A stretch of DNA of 64,000 nt from a virus (taxonomy: Duplodnaviria; Caudoviricetes). The stretch's first letter is position 1, and each line of letters begins with the position of its first letter. Location: positions 1 to 64,000 of the IMG/VR virus record IMGVR_UViG_2908873634_000001. One strand, given 5' to 3'. The position numbers and the translations under genes are program-made. The notes under the pieces are model-generated. The model was not told the origin of the DNA. It saw nothing but the letters and a program-made list of their open reading frames with translations, and did not search any database. Below, one piece after another: positions 11,940-22,319 of the stretch.

Positions 11940-11942
11940 GGG

Positions 11943-13001
11943 TCACCACACCGTCGCTGCGATGTGGATGTCCGGGGTGTACATGACCGGCATCGCGGCC
12001 GCGTTGCACTTCGTCCACACCTGGACCGGGTCGTCCTGGTAGCCGGAGGTGACGATGATGCCGGGAGCGACCTCGGCTTCGATGGACGGGTTGCCGCCGG
12101 AGGACAGGACGATGCCTTCGGCGGTGAGACCGTACTGGGTCTCGGCCATCTGGCGGGTGTTGGGCGGCAGGAGGAAGAACATGTTCTCCGGCAGGGGCCG
12201 CTTGTTGGTGCCGTCGTCCAGGGGATCTGGACGTCGTAGGTGGTGATCGGCGGGAGGCCGTAGCGGCCGCGGACGACGTTGACCTGGTCGGGGGCGAGGG
12301 TGGCGGTGGGGGTGTTGGAGGGGCTGACCGAGTTGTAGTAGGCGGCCCGGTAGGAGTCGTTGCCCATGGCGAGCGCCATCGTCTTGTACGAGGTGAGGGC
12401 GCGGGTGGGCATGGGGCGCCGGAGGCGCGCAGGACCTCGATCCAGGCCATCTCGTCGGCGAGCATGGTGGCGGCGGGGTTGGTCCAGGCGACGGAGGCGG
12501 TCGGCATGTTCGCGGCCGGGACCTTGTGGTCGGCTTCGAGGGTGATGCCGTTTTCGTTGGTGAGGGTGAACTTGCCGTCGGTGAGGAGGTCGCCGGCGGC
12601 GAGTTCCATGCGGTTCTGGATGGACAGGACGTGGGCGGCGACGTCGTCGTAGATGGCGCGGACGAGGTCGTTGCCGTCCATGCCGCGGGAGACGTTCTGC
12701 AGGATGGTCTCGAGCTCGCCGACGATGTACTTCTGGCCCAGGGCAGGAGCTTGCCCTCGGTGACGACGCTGGTGATCTCGCGGCTGGCGACCTTGGTCTG
12801 GGCGTCCCAGGCGCGGTAGGAGGCGGCGGCGACCCGGCGGCGGGTGGAGCGGGTCTGCCACTTGACCGAGTTGACGGTGCGCTCGGGGATGACGGACTGG
12901 GTGAGCTCGTAGTCGGCCGGGGTCTGGATCGCGCGGACGAACGCGTTGATCTCGGTGGGGTTGATGTCCCGGAGGAGGACCTCAAGCATGTCGTTCGGCA
13001 T
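11943..13001 (-). CDS. Major capsid protein (lambda E-like, HK97 fold), frameshifted
   Basis: ~350 aa; AASYRAWDAQT...LGQKYIVGE...NRMELAAGDLLTDGK...DDPVQVWTKCNAAAMPVM. Confidence 0.85.
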   Translation of the reverse strand: MPNDMLEVLLRDINPTEINAFVRAIQTPADYELTQSVIPERTVNSVKWQTRSTRRRVAAASYRAWDAQTKVASREITSVVTEGKLLPWARSTSSASSRPSCRTSPAAWTATTSSAPSTTTSPPTSCPSRTAWNSPPATSSPTASSPSPTKTASPSKPTTRSRPRTCRPPPSPGPTPPPPCSPTRWPGSRSCAPPAPHAHPRPHLVQDDGARHGQRLLPGRLLQLGQPLQHPHRHPRPRPGQRRPRPLRPPADHHLRRPDPLDDGTNKRPLPENMFFLLPPNTRQMAETQYGLTAEGIVLSSGGNPSIEAEVAPGIIVTSGYQDDPVQVWTKCNAAAMPVMYTPDIHIAATVW

Positions 13002-13014
13002 GGGTGGTCCCCTC

Positions 13015-13748
13015 TCAGACCTTGTAGATGAACTGGGTGTTGGAGCCGGCGGGGATGTCCTTGGGGTCGAAGGCGACCGGGAGCTTGGCGACGTCGATCT
13101 GGCCGTGGACCATCAGCGGGGCTGCGGCCTTGGCGGAGCCGGGGTAGAAGGACACCTCGGTGAAGAGGAACCCGGCGAAGAGCTGGGTGCCGTCGGAGGC
13201 GGTGGCGGTGCCGCCGGCGGTGGTGGTGGCGACGGTGACGCCGGGGGTGGAGCCGCCGGTGAGGGAGGCGGTGGCGGTCATCTGGGCGACGTTGTCGCCG
13301 AGGTACTGGCCGGCGAAGGTGACGCTGTAGGGGCCGCCGGCGTTGCCGGTGACGGTGACGTCGCCGGGGTTGATGTTGGGCAGGGCGACGAGCGCGGCCT
13401 GCACGGTGGCGGCGGTGGCGTTGTAGGCGATGGCCGCGGTGGTCTGGCCGTTCCAGGTCAGGGTGAACGTGCCGCCGGTCGGGGAGCCGGTGACGGTGAC
13501 GGACTGGACCTCGTTGGTGACGGCCGCGTAGGGCTCGTACAGGCCGGTGGAGGTGTTCTTGCCGAGGGGATGCCGGACTTCAGCTTCCGCTCGGGCTGGT
13601 ACTTGGAGGCCTCGGCCCAGTGGAGGTTCTGGTCGAAGGCGGTGAGGTCGAGGGTGATGGACTGGTTGGTCTCGATGCCGAGCATGCTCATCAGCCACGG
13701 GCGGCCGACGGCGAGCGTCTCGGTGGTGGTGTACGGCTGGATGTCCAC
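13015..13748 (-). CDS. Head decoration protein with inserted beta-rich domain
   Basis: MDIQPYTTTE...LKSGIPLGK..TGLYEPY [insert EVQSVTVTGSPTGGTFTL...] SDGTQLFAGFLF...LMVHGQIDVAKLP; directly upstream of capsid. Confidence 0.75.
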
Positions 13749-13787
13749 GCCGAACCCCTTTCGCGATGTTCGCGGCTGGTGAGAGGA

Positions 13788-13816
13788 CACCTGCGTGGTG
13801 CCGTCCACGTGGGGTC
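13788..13816 (-). promoter_or_regulatory. 29-bp leader motif upstream of decoration/capsid genes (copy 2)
   Basis: cacctgcgtggtgccgtccacgtggggtc; near-identical to 7528-7556. Confidence 0.6.
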
Positions 13817-13851
13817 AGGGCGTGGTCCCAGGGTGGTGCGGGTGGTGCTGG

Positions 13852-14680
13852 TCAGGCGGCTTCGGGGCGGCGCAGGCCCATCTCTTCGGCGCGCTTGCGG
13901 GCGGCTTCGTTGATGGCGTCCTTGCCGCTGATGGGGGTGCGGGCGGGGCCCGCCGGCGGGGCGCCGCCGGGGGCGGGCGGCAGGGCCTGCGGGGCCGGGG
14001 TGGTGCCGAAGAAATCTCCGCGGCGGGTCTTGAGGGCGGTGGCGGCTTCGGTGATGGCCGTGTCGTCGGCGTCGGCCGGCAGCTTGTCCTTCAGGAGGGC
14101 GTAGGCGTCGTCCTGGTCGTCGTCGTAGGCGCCGAGGCGGGCGAGCGCGCCGCGGATCTTCGTCTCGCGGTCGCGGGCGGCAGCGGCCTGTTCGCGGGCT
14201 TCGAGCTGGGCTTCGCGTTCGGCGGTGGCCCTCGCGTTCGGCGAGGGTTTCGGCGGCCTGCTGTTCCTGGGTGAGCTTGGCCTTGCGGGTTTCCTCGGCG
14301 GTCTTGAGCATCTCGCCGAAGGCCTTGGGGTCGAAGTTGTCGACGTCGATGGGCAGTCCGGATGCGTCGGCGAGGTCGCGCAGGAGTGCCTTGCGGCCCT
14401 TGGCGTTCTCCTGGTCATGATCTTCGTGAAGCGTTCCTGGGTCATCGCGAGCCCGGTCTCGATGTCGATGAGCGGGGTCGGCGGTGTCGGTACGAACGCG
14501 GGGCCGGGGGCTGGGCCTGGGCCTGGGCGCGGGCGGCGAGGTCGGCGGGGTGGGTACCGGCGCCGGGGCGGGCGGGGTGCCGCCGTCGTTGTAGAAGACG
14601 GCGAGGGCTTCGATGCCGCGGTAGGGGTGGGTCCAGGCGGCACGCGACTGGGGCATGGCGGGCTGCGTGGGGCGACGCAT
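13852..14680 (-). CDS. Capsid scaffolding protein
   Basis: Pro-rich N-terminus, TQERFTKIM motif, coiled-coil A/E/R region; between portal and decoration genes. Confidence 0.7.
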
Positions 14681-14707
14681 GAGGGCACAACCTCCCAAGG
14701 AGTCTTC

Positions 14708-14758
14708 AGGCCCCGCGCCTTGATCCAAGGGAAGCACACGTTTCACGATTCGATCCCC
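14708..14758 (-). promoter_or_regulatory. Late promoter motif GGGGATC-N30-AAGGCGCGGGGCCT (scaffold)
   Basis: Same boxes and exact spacing as 16651-16701 and 42959-43009. Confidence 0.7.
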
Positions 14759-16629
14759 TGTCGCCTCGTGCGGGGGTTTCCTCGTCGTCGTCGTTGGTTC
14801 CGTCGGTCAGGTTCGTGGTCGGGAACTGGGGGTGGGCGGGGCGGGGTCGGTCTCGATGTCGATGCCGAGGTAGGTGCCGACGGCTTTGGTGGAGTTGGTG
14901 GCGTCGGCCAGGAGCCGGGCCTGTTCGAAGGCGCGGGACTGGATGAGCTTGATCTCGGTGTCGATGTCTCCATGGCCCATCCGGCTTCGGTGAGGGTGCG
15001 GATGGCGGTCTCCAGGGACATGACGCCGGCCTCGAATGCCTTGGTGACCTGCTCGAGGACAGCAGCCTTGTCGGTGGGGGTGTAGCTGCCGAAGGCCAGT
15101 TGTGCGCGCTGGGGGCGGACGCCGGTCCAGTCGGGGTGCTGGCCTGCGAGGGACAGGCGCTGCACGAACTTTAGGAGCAGTGCGTACTTGTGGGCGCGGG
15201 CCAGGCGCATGGCGCCGACGAGGGAGTCGAGGGGCCGAGGGAGATCTCCAGGGCGTAGCCGGAGGGGACCTCGGAGGGGTTGACGGTGCCGAGGGTGACG
15301 GCGGGCAGGCGGGCGATGGTCGCGGCGCGTTCGGAGAGCGCTTCTCGCTGGTTGCGGAGTTCGGCAAGCATGGGGATGTGTCCAGGACGTCCATGCGTCT
15401 GCCGTCGCCGACCTCGATGAGCCTTGCCGGGGGCAATGGTCATCTGGCCCTGCTTGCCGCTGGCGGGCCGGCCGGAGACGGTGATGAGGGGCGATCCGGT
15501 GGTGGCGGAGGCCTTCGCGGTGTCGGTGTCGGTCCCGGAGATCTCGTCGAAGATCTGCAGGACCTTGGCGAGGGATGAGGTGCCCCAGTGTTCCTCGGCG
15601 TCGGGGACCGAGTTGGGGACGTGGATGACCGGGATGAAGTCGAGCATGAGGTCGAGGTGGTCGAGGACTTCGCCGGTGGGGCTGGTGGCATAGTGCGCCT
15701 TGTCCATGGGGAGGTCGTCGACGTCGTGGGGCCTTTGAGGTCGCCGAGGTCCCAGGTGGCGTCGGTGAGGTAGCAGGTGGCGTAGGACGGGGTGTCGTTC
15801 CACGGGTACTGGCGGGCGATGAAGCCGGTGGGGTGGGGAGGTCGCCCTGGCCGAGGACGGGCTGGGCAGGGGTCTCGTCGGTGGGGTCGCTCATGACGGG
15901 GGCGCGGACGGGCCGGCCGTCTCGGTCGACGCCGGAGGCGGTGACGGGACGGATCCAGTCGATCTCGTAGGTGATGCGTCGCAGCCGGGCCTTCAGGCCC
16001 CGTTTCTTGTCTTCGGGGAGTTCCCAGGCGAGGTGGATGCGCTCGGGGTAGTCGGAGCTGTCGCCGTCTTCGCCGAGGACGGGGAAATAGAAGCCGGGGT
16101 CGTAGGTCTTGAGGCGGACGCGTTGCTTGGCGGGGTCCCAGGCCAGGAGGTAGACCCCGTCGCCGAGGCTGACGGCCTTGCGTTCGGCCTGCTGCATCCG
16201 CATGGCGAGCTGCTCGTCCTCGGCCCAGTCCCGCAGGAGAGTCTGGACCCGTTCGGCCATCGCCTGGTCGTTGCCCTCACCCGGGGTGCCGGAGGTCTGT
16301 TCGGCGCCGGGGACGACGATGGTCTGCTCGCGGCCGAGGACGTTGGCGAGGACGGCCTCGACGAACATGCTCGGGTCGCCGTACTCGCGGCGGTCGGTGG
16401 GGCCGGTGTCGCTGGTGAGGTCGGTGAGCTCGGCGGCCTGGTTGCCGACGTAGGCGGCGAGGCTTGTAGGCCGCGAGGCGGCGTTCGTCATCGGCGGGAA
16501 CCCAGGTGGCGGCGGCTTCGGGAAGGCCCGGCGGTGGGGCATGCCAAGGGTGTCGCTGTAGATGGGCTTGTAGTTCGCCCATCCCCAGGCGTCGACGATG
16601 ACGTCCTTGACGCCGCTGAACAGGCCCAC
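14743..16629 (-). CDS. Portal protein, frameshifted
   Basis: ~600 aa; ERKAVSLGDGVYLLAWD...YDPGFYFP...FIPVIHVPN...HWGTSSL...VPSGYAL; first gene of the head operon. Confidence 0.85.
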   Translation of the reverse strand: MGLFSGVKDVIVDAWGWANYKPIYSDTLGMPHRRAFPKPPPPGFPPMTNAASRPTSLAAYVGNQAAELTDLTSDTGPTDRREYGDPSMFVEAVLANVLGREQTIVVPGAEQTSGTPGEGNDQAMAERVQTLLRDWAEDEQLAMRMQQAERKAVSLGDGVYLLAWDPAKQRVRLKTYDPGFYFPVLGEDGDSSDYPERIHLAWELPEDKKRGLKARLRRITYEIDWIRPVTASGVDRDGRPVRAPVMSDPTDETPAQPVLGQGDLPTPPASSPASTRGTTPRPTPPATSPTPPGTSATSKAPRRRRPPHGQGALCHQPHRRSPRPPRPHARLHPGHPRPQLGPRRRGTLGHLIPRQGPADLRRDLRDRHRHREGLRHHRIAPHHRLRPARQRQAGPDDHCPRQGSSRSATADAWTSWTHPHACRTPQPARSALRTRRDHRPPARRHPRHRQPLRGPLRLRPGDLPRPLDSLVGAMRLARAHKYALLLKFVQRLSLAGQHPDWTGVRPQRAQLAFGSYTPTDKAAVLEQVTKAFEAGVMSLETAIRTLTEAGWAMETSTPRSSSSSPAPSNRPGSWPTPPTPPKPSAPTSASTSRPTPPRPPPVPDHEPDRRNQRRRRGNPRTRRQGIES

Positions 16630-16650
16630 GGGGCACACCCCTGTCGTGTC

Positions 16651-16701
16651 AGGCCCCGCGCCTTGTGATCAGCGTACGGTCAGGACGCCGTGGTGATCCC
16701 C
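16651..16701 (-). promoter_or_regulatory. Late promoter motif (portal), -10 TACGCT
   Basis: GGGGATC-N18-TACGCT-N6-AAGGCGCGGGGCCT. Confidence 0.7.
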
Positions 16702-16763
16702 CGGGCTGTGAACGACATGGGCCCGCCCGAGGGATGTCGGGCGGGCCGGAGTGGTGCTGATGG

Positions 16764-17027
16764 TCAGAAGATCTGGGCGATGGGGTCAAGGGCAGGGACT
16801 CGGTAGCGGATCTTCTCGACGGAGGAGGCAGGGACGATGTAGACCTCCCACTCCGTCTGGCCGACATGAGCGGGCTCCCCGTTCTGGGGGTCGATGTGGA
16901 GGAAGGCGCCTTCGACGGCCACGCGGACGTTCGTCAGGCTCTTCAGTAGGTCGTGGGCGGCGTTGGGGTTGGGGATGAGCTTGTCGTTCAGGGCGACGTC
17001 GGCGTTACGCCAGCGCAGTTCGGACAT
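16764..17027 (-). CDS. Hypothetical protein
   Basis: 87-aa ORF with GAAGGA RBS; followed by a hairpin near 16719-16748. Confidence 0.65.
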   Translation of the reverse strand: MSELRWRNADVALNDKLIPNPNAAHDLLKSLTNVRVAVEGAFLHIDPQNGEPAHVGQTEWEVYIVPASSVEKIRYRVPALDPIAQIF

Positions 17028-17116
17028 GGAGTGTCCTTCCGGAAGGGGCGACCGGGTTGGTCACGGGTGCTGGCAGCCTTCCATAGGGCACTGACAGTTC
17101 AGGTGGTGCGGGAAAG

Positions 17117-18186
17117 TCAGGCGGAGAGCCAGCGGCCGCGAAGAGCGGCGGTGTTGAAGCCGGGTCCGTAAGCGATGGCGAGACCGTAGGTGCCGTGGCT
17201 GGGCGGATCGGCGTGGGTGCGTTCGAGGACGCGGAGGATGGAGACGCCGCCGAGGTTGCCTTCGTGGGCGAGGGTGTCGACGGAGTGGCGGGTGCCGGTC
17301 TCGTGGAGGCTGATGGCCTTGGCGGTGTCGGTGATGATGCGGGGCTGCCGGGGTGGATCGCGGCCCAGTCGATGCGCTGGCCGTCGAGCCAGTCGAGGAC
17401 GGTGGGCAGGACGTCGTCGGCGGCGGTGAGGGCTTCCTTGGTGGAGTCGAAGTGGAAGCCGTCGGCGCCGATGCGGCCGCTGTAGCGGTCGAGGCTGCCG
17501 GGGAGGACGTACTCCAGGGTGTCGGCGGGGTTGTCCACGCGGAAGGTGGGGCCGGCGGGGGCTCGTCGGTGACGATGACTGCGGCGGCGGAGTCCCCGAA
17601 GAGCGCCTTGTAGATCATCGCTTCGACGGAGGTGTCGTGGTGGTTGTAGACGCTTGAGATGACTTCGGCGGCAACGACGAGGACCTTGGAGCCGGGGCGG
17701 GCGGTGATGTAGTCGATGGCGCGGGTGAGGGCTTGGGTGCCGCCGGCGCAGGCCATGGTGGTGAGGGCGATGCGGGAGACGGTCGGCCTGAGCCCGAGGG
17801 GTGCTATGAGGTGGATGTCGAGGTTGGGGACGGCCCAGCCGGTGGAGTGGGTGGTGATGATCGCGTCGATGTCGGCGTAGCTGCCGGGGTCCGGGCCGGG
17901 GGCAAGGCCTGCGGTGGCGAGGGCTTGGCGGGCGGCGTCGGTCGCGAGGGCCAGGGCGTCGGCGAAGGCGGTGTTGGAGCGGGCCTGGATGTCGGCGGCG
18001 CCGGAGACGGTGGGGGCGGTGAGGGGCGGGTGAAGTAGCGGGTCTGGACGCCGAGGTTGCCGAGGATGCGGGGATGACGGCGGCTTTGGGGTGGTCGGGG
18101 TGGTGGGTGCGGATGTCGTCGATGATCTCGGCGGTGGTGACCTTGTGGGCGGGGAGGGCGGTGTGGGGGCGGTGGATGTGGGGCAC
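17117..18186 (-). CDS. Type III polyketide synthase (chalcone synthase superfamily, PhlD/RppA-like), frameshifted
   Basis: Catalytic triad readable across frames: MACAGG (Cys), IHPGSP (His), GNLGG (Asn); also LFGDSAAA and AYGPGF; GGAGG RBS before GTG at 18186. Confidence 0.9.
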
Positions 18187-18274
18187 GCGGGGCCTCCGGC
18201 ACATGCTGGTCGGGGTGGGCGAGTTCCGGACAACGTACGGCAGATCCGGGCCTCGCGGTCCCCTGACCTGCGAG

Positions 18275-19164
18275 TCAGTTCACCGGGGAGGGCTCGGTGT
18301 CCTGGTTGTGGGCGCGGAGCATGGGCAGTCGGGTGTGCCTTTTGTCCGTTCCGGGGTGGTAGATGAGGATGATGAGGCGGGCGCCGCGGGCGGTGAGGGG
18401 CTGGGCGGCGCACATGGTGACGTGGCCGGGGCCGTAGCGGGCGTGGTCTATGGGGCGTTCGTCGCCGTCGGGGTGGATGTGGGCGCCGCCGGCATGCCAG
18501 ATGGGTGCGAGGTCGGGGTCGCTGGTGACGTCGCGAACGATGCCGTTGAGGACGGGGTCCTCGGGGCGCTGGGTGAGGGCGGCGCGGAGCTGTGGGAGGA
18601 CGAGGGGGCCCAGACGGTGTCCCACTGCAAGAGCATGCGTCGGGCGTTTTCGTCGAGGAGCATCCAGCGCATGGTGTTGGTGGGCACTTGGCGGTCGGGG
18701 AAGAGTTCGGCGAACTGGTCGTTGTGGGCGAGGAGGTCCCAGCGGGCGTCGGTGACGTAGGCGGGGTGGGTGAAGCCGTCGACGGCTTCTTGCCAGACGC
18801 CGGGGACTTCGAGGCCGGAGGAGTCGTAGAGGGCCGGGTGGGTCGCCGAGGCCGGCGTAGCGGTGCAGGGCTTGCCATTCCTGCTCGTTGAGTCCGAAGA
18901 GTTGGGCGATGGAGCGGAGGTAGTCGCTGGAGGGGAGGCTGGTGAAGCGGCCGGACTCGAGGCGGTAGTAGGTGTTCAGGGGCGGTTGGTGAGTTCGTCG
19001 ACTTGCTGCTGGGACAGGCCGGGGCGCGGCGGCCCTTGCCGCGGGGCGGGGAATCCGTGCTCGGCGGGCTGTACGAGGGCCCGTCGTTTGACGAGGAGCG
19101 CTTTCAAGGCTTGCCTGTCTGCGTTCACGGATTCCGTGCCTTCCCGTTGGGTGTGCGTGCGCAT
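18275..19164 (-). CDS. XRE-HTH + MmyB-like (PAS-like ligand-binding) transcriptional regulator
   Basis: GLSQQQVDEL..YYRLESG N-terminal HTH; HPAYVTDARWDLLAHN...NTMRWML...WAPLVLPQLR C-terminal domain. Confidence 0.85.
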
Positions 19165-19821
19165 CGTTCGCTTTTATTAGTGGCTGTTCTACCAGTAAAA
19201 GACCGCCTATGGATATCCCTCTGTTGAAGCGTCAAGCTGTGGTTGGTGAGGCGCTGACCTGCTGGGAAGCTGCGGAAGGTTGCCACACTGCAACAAACCA
19301 GGGGTTTCCTGCCCGATGTCGGGTGTGAATCCGTCACATCGCAGCAGAAGGACTCTTGGCGCCCTCGTCGAGGCCCCGGCAGGTGGATAGGAACAGCGAC
19401 GCGACCCGTGGCTGGGAAACCACGGATTTCGCAGCACGTGGTTGTTCCGATTCGCTTGAGCCGGGGCTTTGAGGGTCTATCAGCTACGGTCGGCGCCCGA
19501 CGGCTGCCCTTCGCGGGGTGTGCGTGGCGCTGGCTGTGTGAGACCGGCCGCGGTGCTCATCCCCGGCGCTGGCGGTCGTCCCGGGTGGCCCCGGACAGCA
19601 TCCCCTACCTGCTGTCCGGGGCCTTCCCAACCCAGGCGCGGGTGGTGGGGTGCTGGGTCCGAGGCACGGTGGGCCTCCCTGCTGAGTGCCGACCGCCCCG
19701 TGGGAGGGGGGCGGCTGGGGCGGCACGGTCCGCCTGCCCCGGAAACCGCCTTGGGCACGCGCTTTCACTCCGAACGAGTGACCGGGGTGGGTGTGTAGGC
19801 GGGGTGGGACGGGCAAGCGGT

Positions 19822-20229
19822 TCAGGTTGCGGAATCCGTCGTGGCGCTCTCGGTGAGCGCGGCCGCGAGGGCCTGGGCGTGCGGGTCGCGGTAGGGGTCC
19901 TCGCCTCGGGCGGTGGCCTCGGCCCGCCATTTCGCCACCAGTTCCCATGCGCGGTTCTTAGCTGCTGTCGCAGCGTTCTCCTGCCGGATGGGCACGAGGC
20001 CCATGGCGTCGACGGCGCCCCAGAACATCTCGGCGGCCGCGTCCGGGGTGTAGTCGGGACTGAACGTCATCTCGCCGGTCTCGAGGTCAAGGGTGACGAG
20101 TGGCCGTCCGCTGGAGCCGATGGTGAGCTTGCTGGTAGCAGAGGACGCCGGGTCGATGACATGAGCGTCGGGGAAGTCCTCGCTCAGGAAGAGTCCCGAG
20201 TGCGGGTCTTGTTGGTCGGCGGTGTCCAT
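19822..20229 (-). CDS. Hypothetical protein
   Basis: 135-aa ORF; YTPDAAAEMFW motif; GGAG RBS. Confidence 0.6.
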   Translation of the reverse strand: MDTADQQDPHSGLFLSEDFPDAHVIDPASSATSKLTIGSSGRPLVTLDLETGEMTFSPDYTPDAAAEMFWGAVDAMGLVPIRQENAATAAKNRAWELVAKWRAEATARGEDPYRDPHAQALAAALTESATTDSAT

Positions 20230-20270
20230 AGGGGCTCCTGCTGGTAGTCGGGGCGGAGTGGGCAGCCGAG

Positions 20271-22319
20271 TCAGGTTGCGGAATTCGTCGCAGAGCTGTT
20301 GATGGCGCGGGCCACCACGAGCGCTTGCTCACGGAAGGGGCTGTTCGTCTGGCTGGTGGGGCCCAGCGTTCGGCGTACTCGGCGGCAACGTCGAGCCACT
20401 TGGCGAGGGCTCCGAAGAGTTCGTCGCGGCCGAGCTCGATCCATTCTGGCTCGAAGCGGACCGCGTTGGCGGCGGCCCTGAGCTCGTCGGCTGGAGTGGT
20501 CATCGCTCGTCCTTGCTGGTGTCTCGTCCGAACTGGCGGTCCCAGACTCGACAGGTGAGGCGGTGGCCGATCGGGCTGTCGGGATCCGGATGGCCGCAGT
20601 CGCAGGTGCGAGTCATGTCGGGCGTGGGCATGAGGTTGGGCTCCTGATGGTGGACGTCGGCCAGAGGGTTTCTTGTTCGTAGGGCGGGCAGACCCATGCG
20701 GTGGTGATGTCGGTCTGGCCCTGGAGTGGTGGCGGGGTGGGGCGGCGAGTTGCCGTTCGAGGGTGGTGAGGCGGGCGTGGGTCTCAGGCGTCGTCACCGG
20801 CCTGCCTCTTCCGATTCACGGGATAGCGGTCGGCGTCGATGTCGATGAGGCCGAGCTCCAGGAGGTGGAGGAGGGCTTCGTGGACGGCGCCGTCAACGAC
20901 GGTCATGAGTGGCATGGGCTTCTTGAGCGGGCCGTCGGGGCTGTTGCAGGCCCAGCTTGTGGCAGCGAATCCAGCGATTCGGTTGATGATGGCGAAGTCG
21001 CTGCGCGGGTTGGTGTCGACGAGGATGCGGTCCCAGTCGTTCCAGCCTTTGGGGGTTGGGGGCTTCTTGGTCACGGGTCAGCTCTCTCCCATGTCGCGGG
21101 CGACTTGTGCGTCGGTCTCTCCGTTGGGTCCGGCTTTGGCGAGGGCGGTGCGGTGGCGGCGGAGGGCCTGGACGACTCCGGGGTGCCATCGGTGTTTCTC
21201 GGCGATGCCGTCCATGGCGGCCGGGCAGTCGCCGGTGTGCTGGTGCTGTTGTTCGCAGTCCCAGCCGATGAGGAGGGCGTAGATGGCTGCGTCGTCGGCG
21301 TTCTGCGCCCAGTCGCGGTCGAGGTGCCGGACGCGGTGGCGGAGGGAGAGGAGGGCGTTGTGGACGCGGGCTCCGCGCGTTGCCGCTTCGGTGAGGATGG
21401 CGCGGTGCTCGCTGAGCGAGCGGTAGAACTCCTGGGCGACCTGGCGGGCCTCGGCAGCGTCGGCTTCGGCGTCCTCTGCCCGCTCGTAGAGCGCCTCGAG
21501 CTGGTCTGCGGTCAGGTCGGCGAGTGGAGTACGGGTCTCCTTCGTCATTTCGCCTCCTGCCCAAGGGCGGCTCGGATCTGGGTGGCGAAGTTGCTGTAGC
21601 TGATGTCGGATCCCTCCCAGTGCGCGAGCACGGCGCGTACGGCTTCGAGGGTGGCCTGCGTCTCGTCTCGCTCGGCCTCGGCCTGCTGGCGGGCCTGGTG
21701 CGGGGTGAGCTTGCCGACGCGATGGAGAACGAAGGCGAACCGTTCCGGCGACTCGGCGACCTTGACCTCCATCCTCGATGGGGGTCTCGGTGTAGTTCGG
21801 GGCGTCGCCGAGTATGGCTCGGGCGGCGCCGATCCAGTGGGCGACGAGTTCGCGGGCGGGCTCGATCTCCATGGTCATGCCGTTGCGGAAGTCCACGGCC
21901 ATGAGGCCGGTCTGGTCGAGCTGGTTCTGGATCCAGCGTTCGCGGGCTTCTTCATCACGGCCGGCGAGTTCGGCGAGGAGTTCGTCGCGTTCGGCGTGGA
22001 GCTTCTGGAGTTCGGTGTCACGGACGCGGAGGACGGCGTCGGCGTGGTCGCCGTACTCGTCGGGCTCCAGCATGTCCAGGTCCCAGTCGAAGCCTTCGGC
22101 CTCGCAGATCGCGCGACGAATCTGGTCGCGGAGGCCGGTCGAGTCGTTGCCGGGGTCCTGCTCGCTGGCTGGCGGGGTGGCGTGGGCGTTGAGGACGGCG
22201 GTGACGATGGCGTTGCAGGTTTCGGGTTCGGCCCAGTGGCCGGCGGCGTTGAGGATGCTGCTGACGCTGTTGATGGCGAGTGCGCGCTGTCGGTAGAGGG
22301 TGGGGTCGGGGTCGGCCAT
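20271..22319 (-). CDS. Operon of ~6 small hypothetical phage genes (20271-20503, 20500-20632, ~20630-20790, 20784-21074, 21078-21548, 21545-22319)
   Basis: Overlapping stop/start codons, GC3-rich frames; motifs [29 protein letters not shown]. Confidence 0.6.

Noticed and set aside
69-16668. Many long plus-strand ORFs opposite the structural genes (and e.g. 50190-51680, 58389-59888, 36105-37667)
   Set aside because: Antisense shadow ORFs caused by high GC3; the opposite strand carries recognisable proteins.
17005-19164. Single fused regulator-PKS protein (ORF 17061-18878)
   Set aside because: Artefact of frame drift; the regulator stops at 18275 and the PKS has its own RBS and GTG at 18186.
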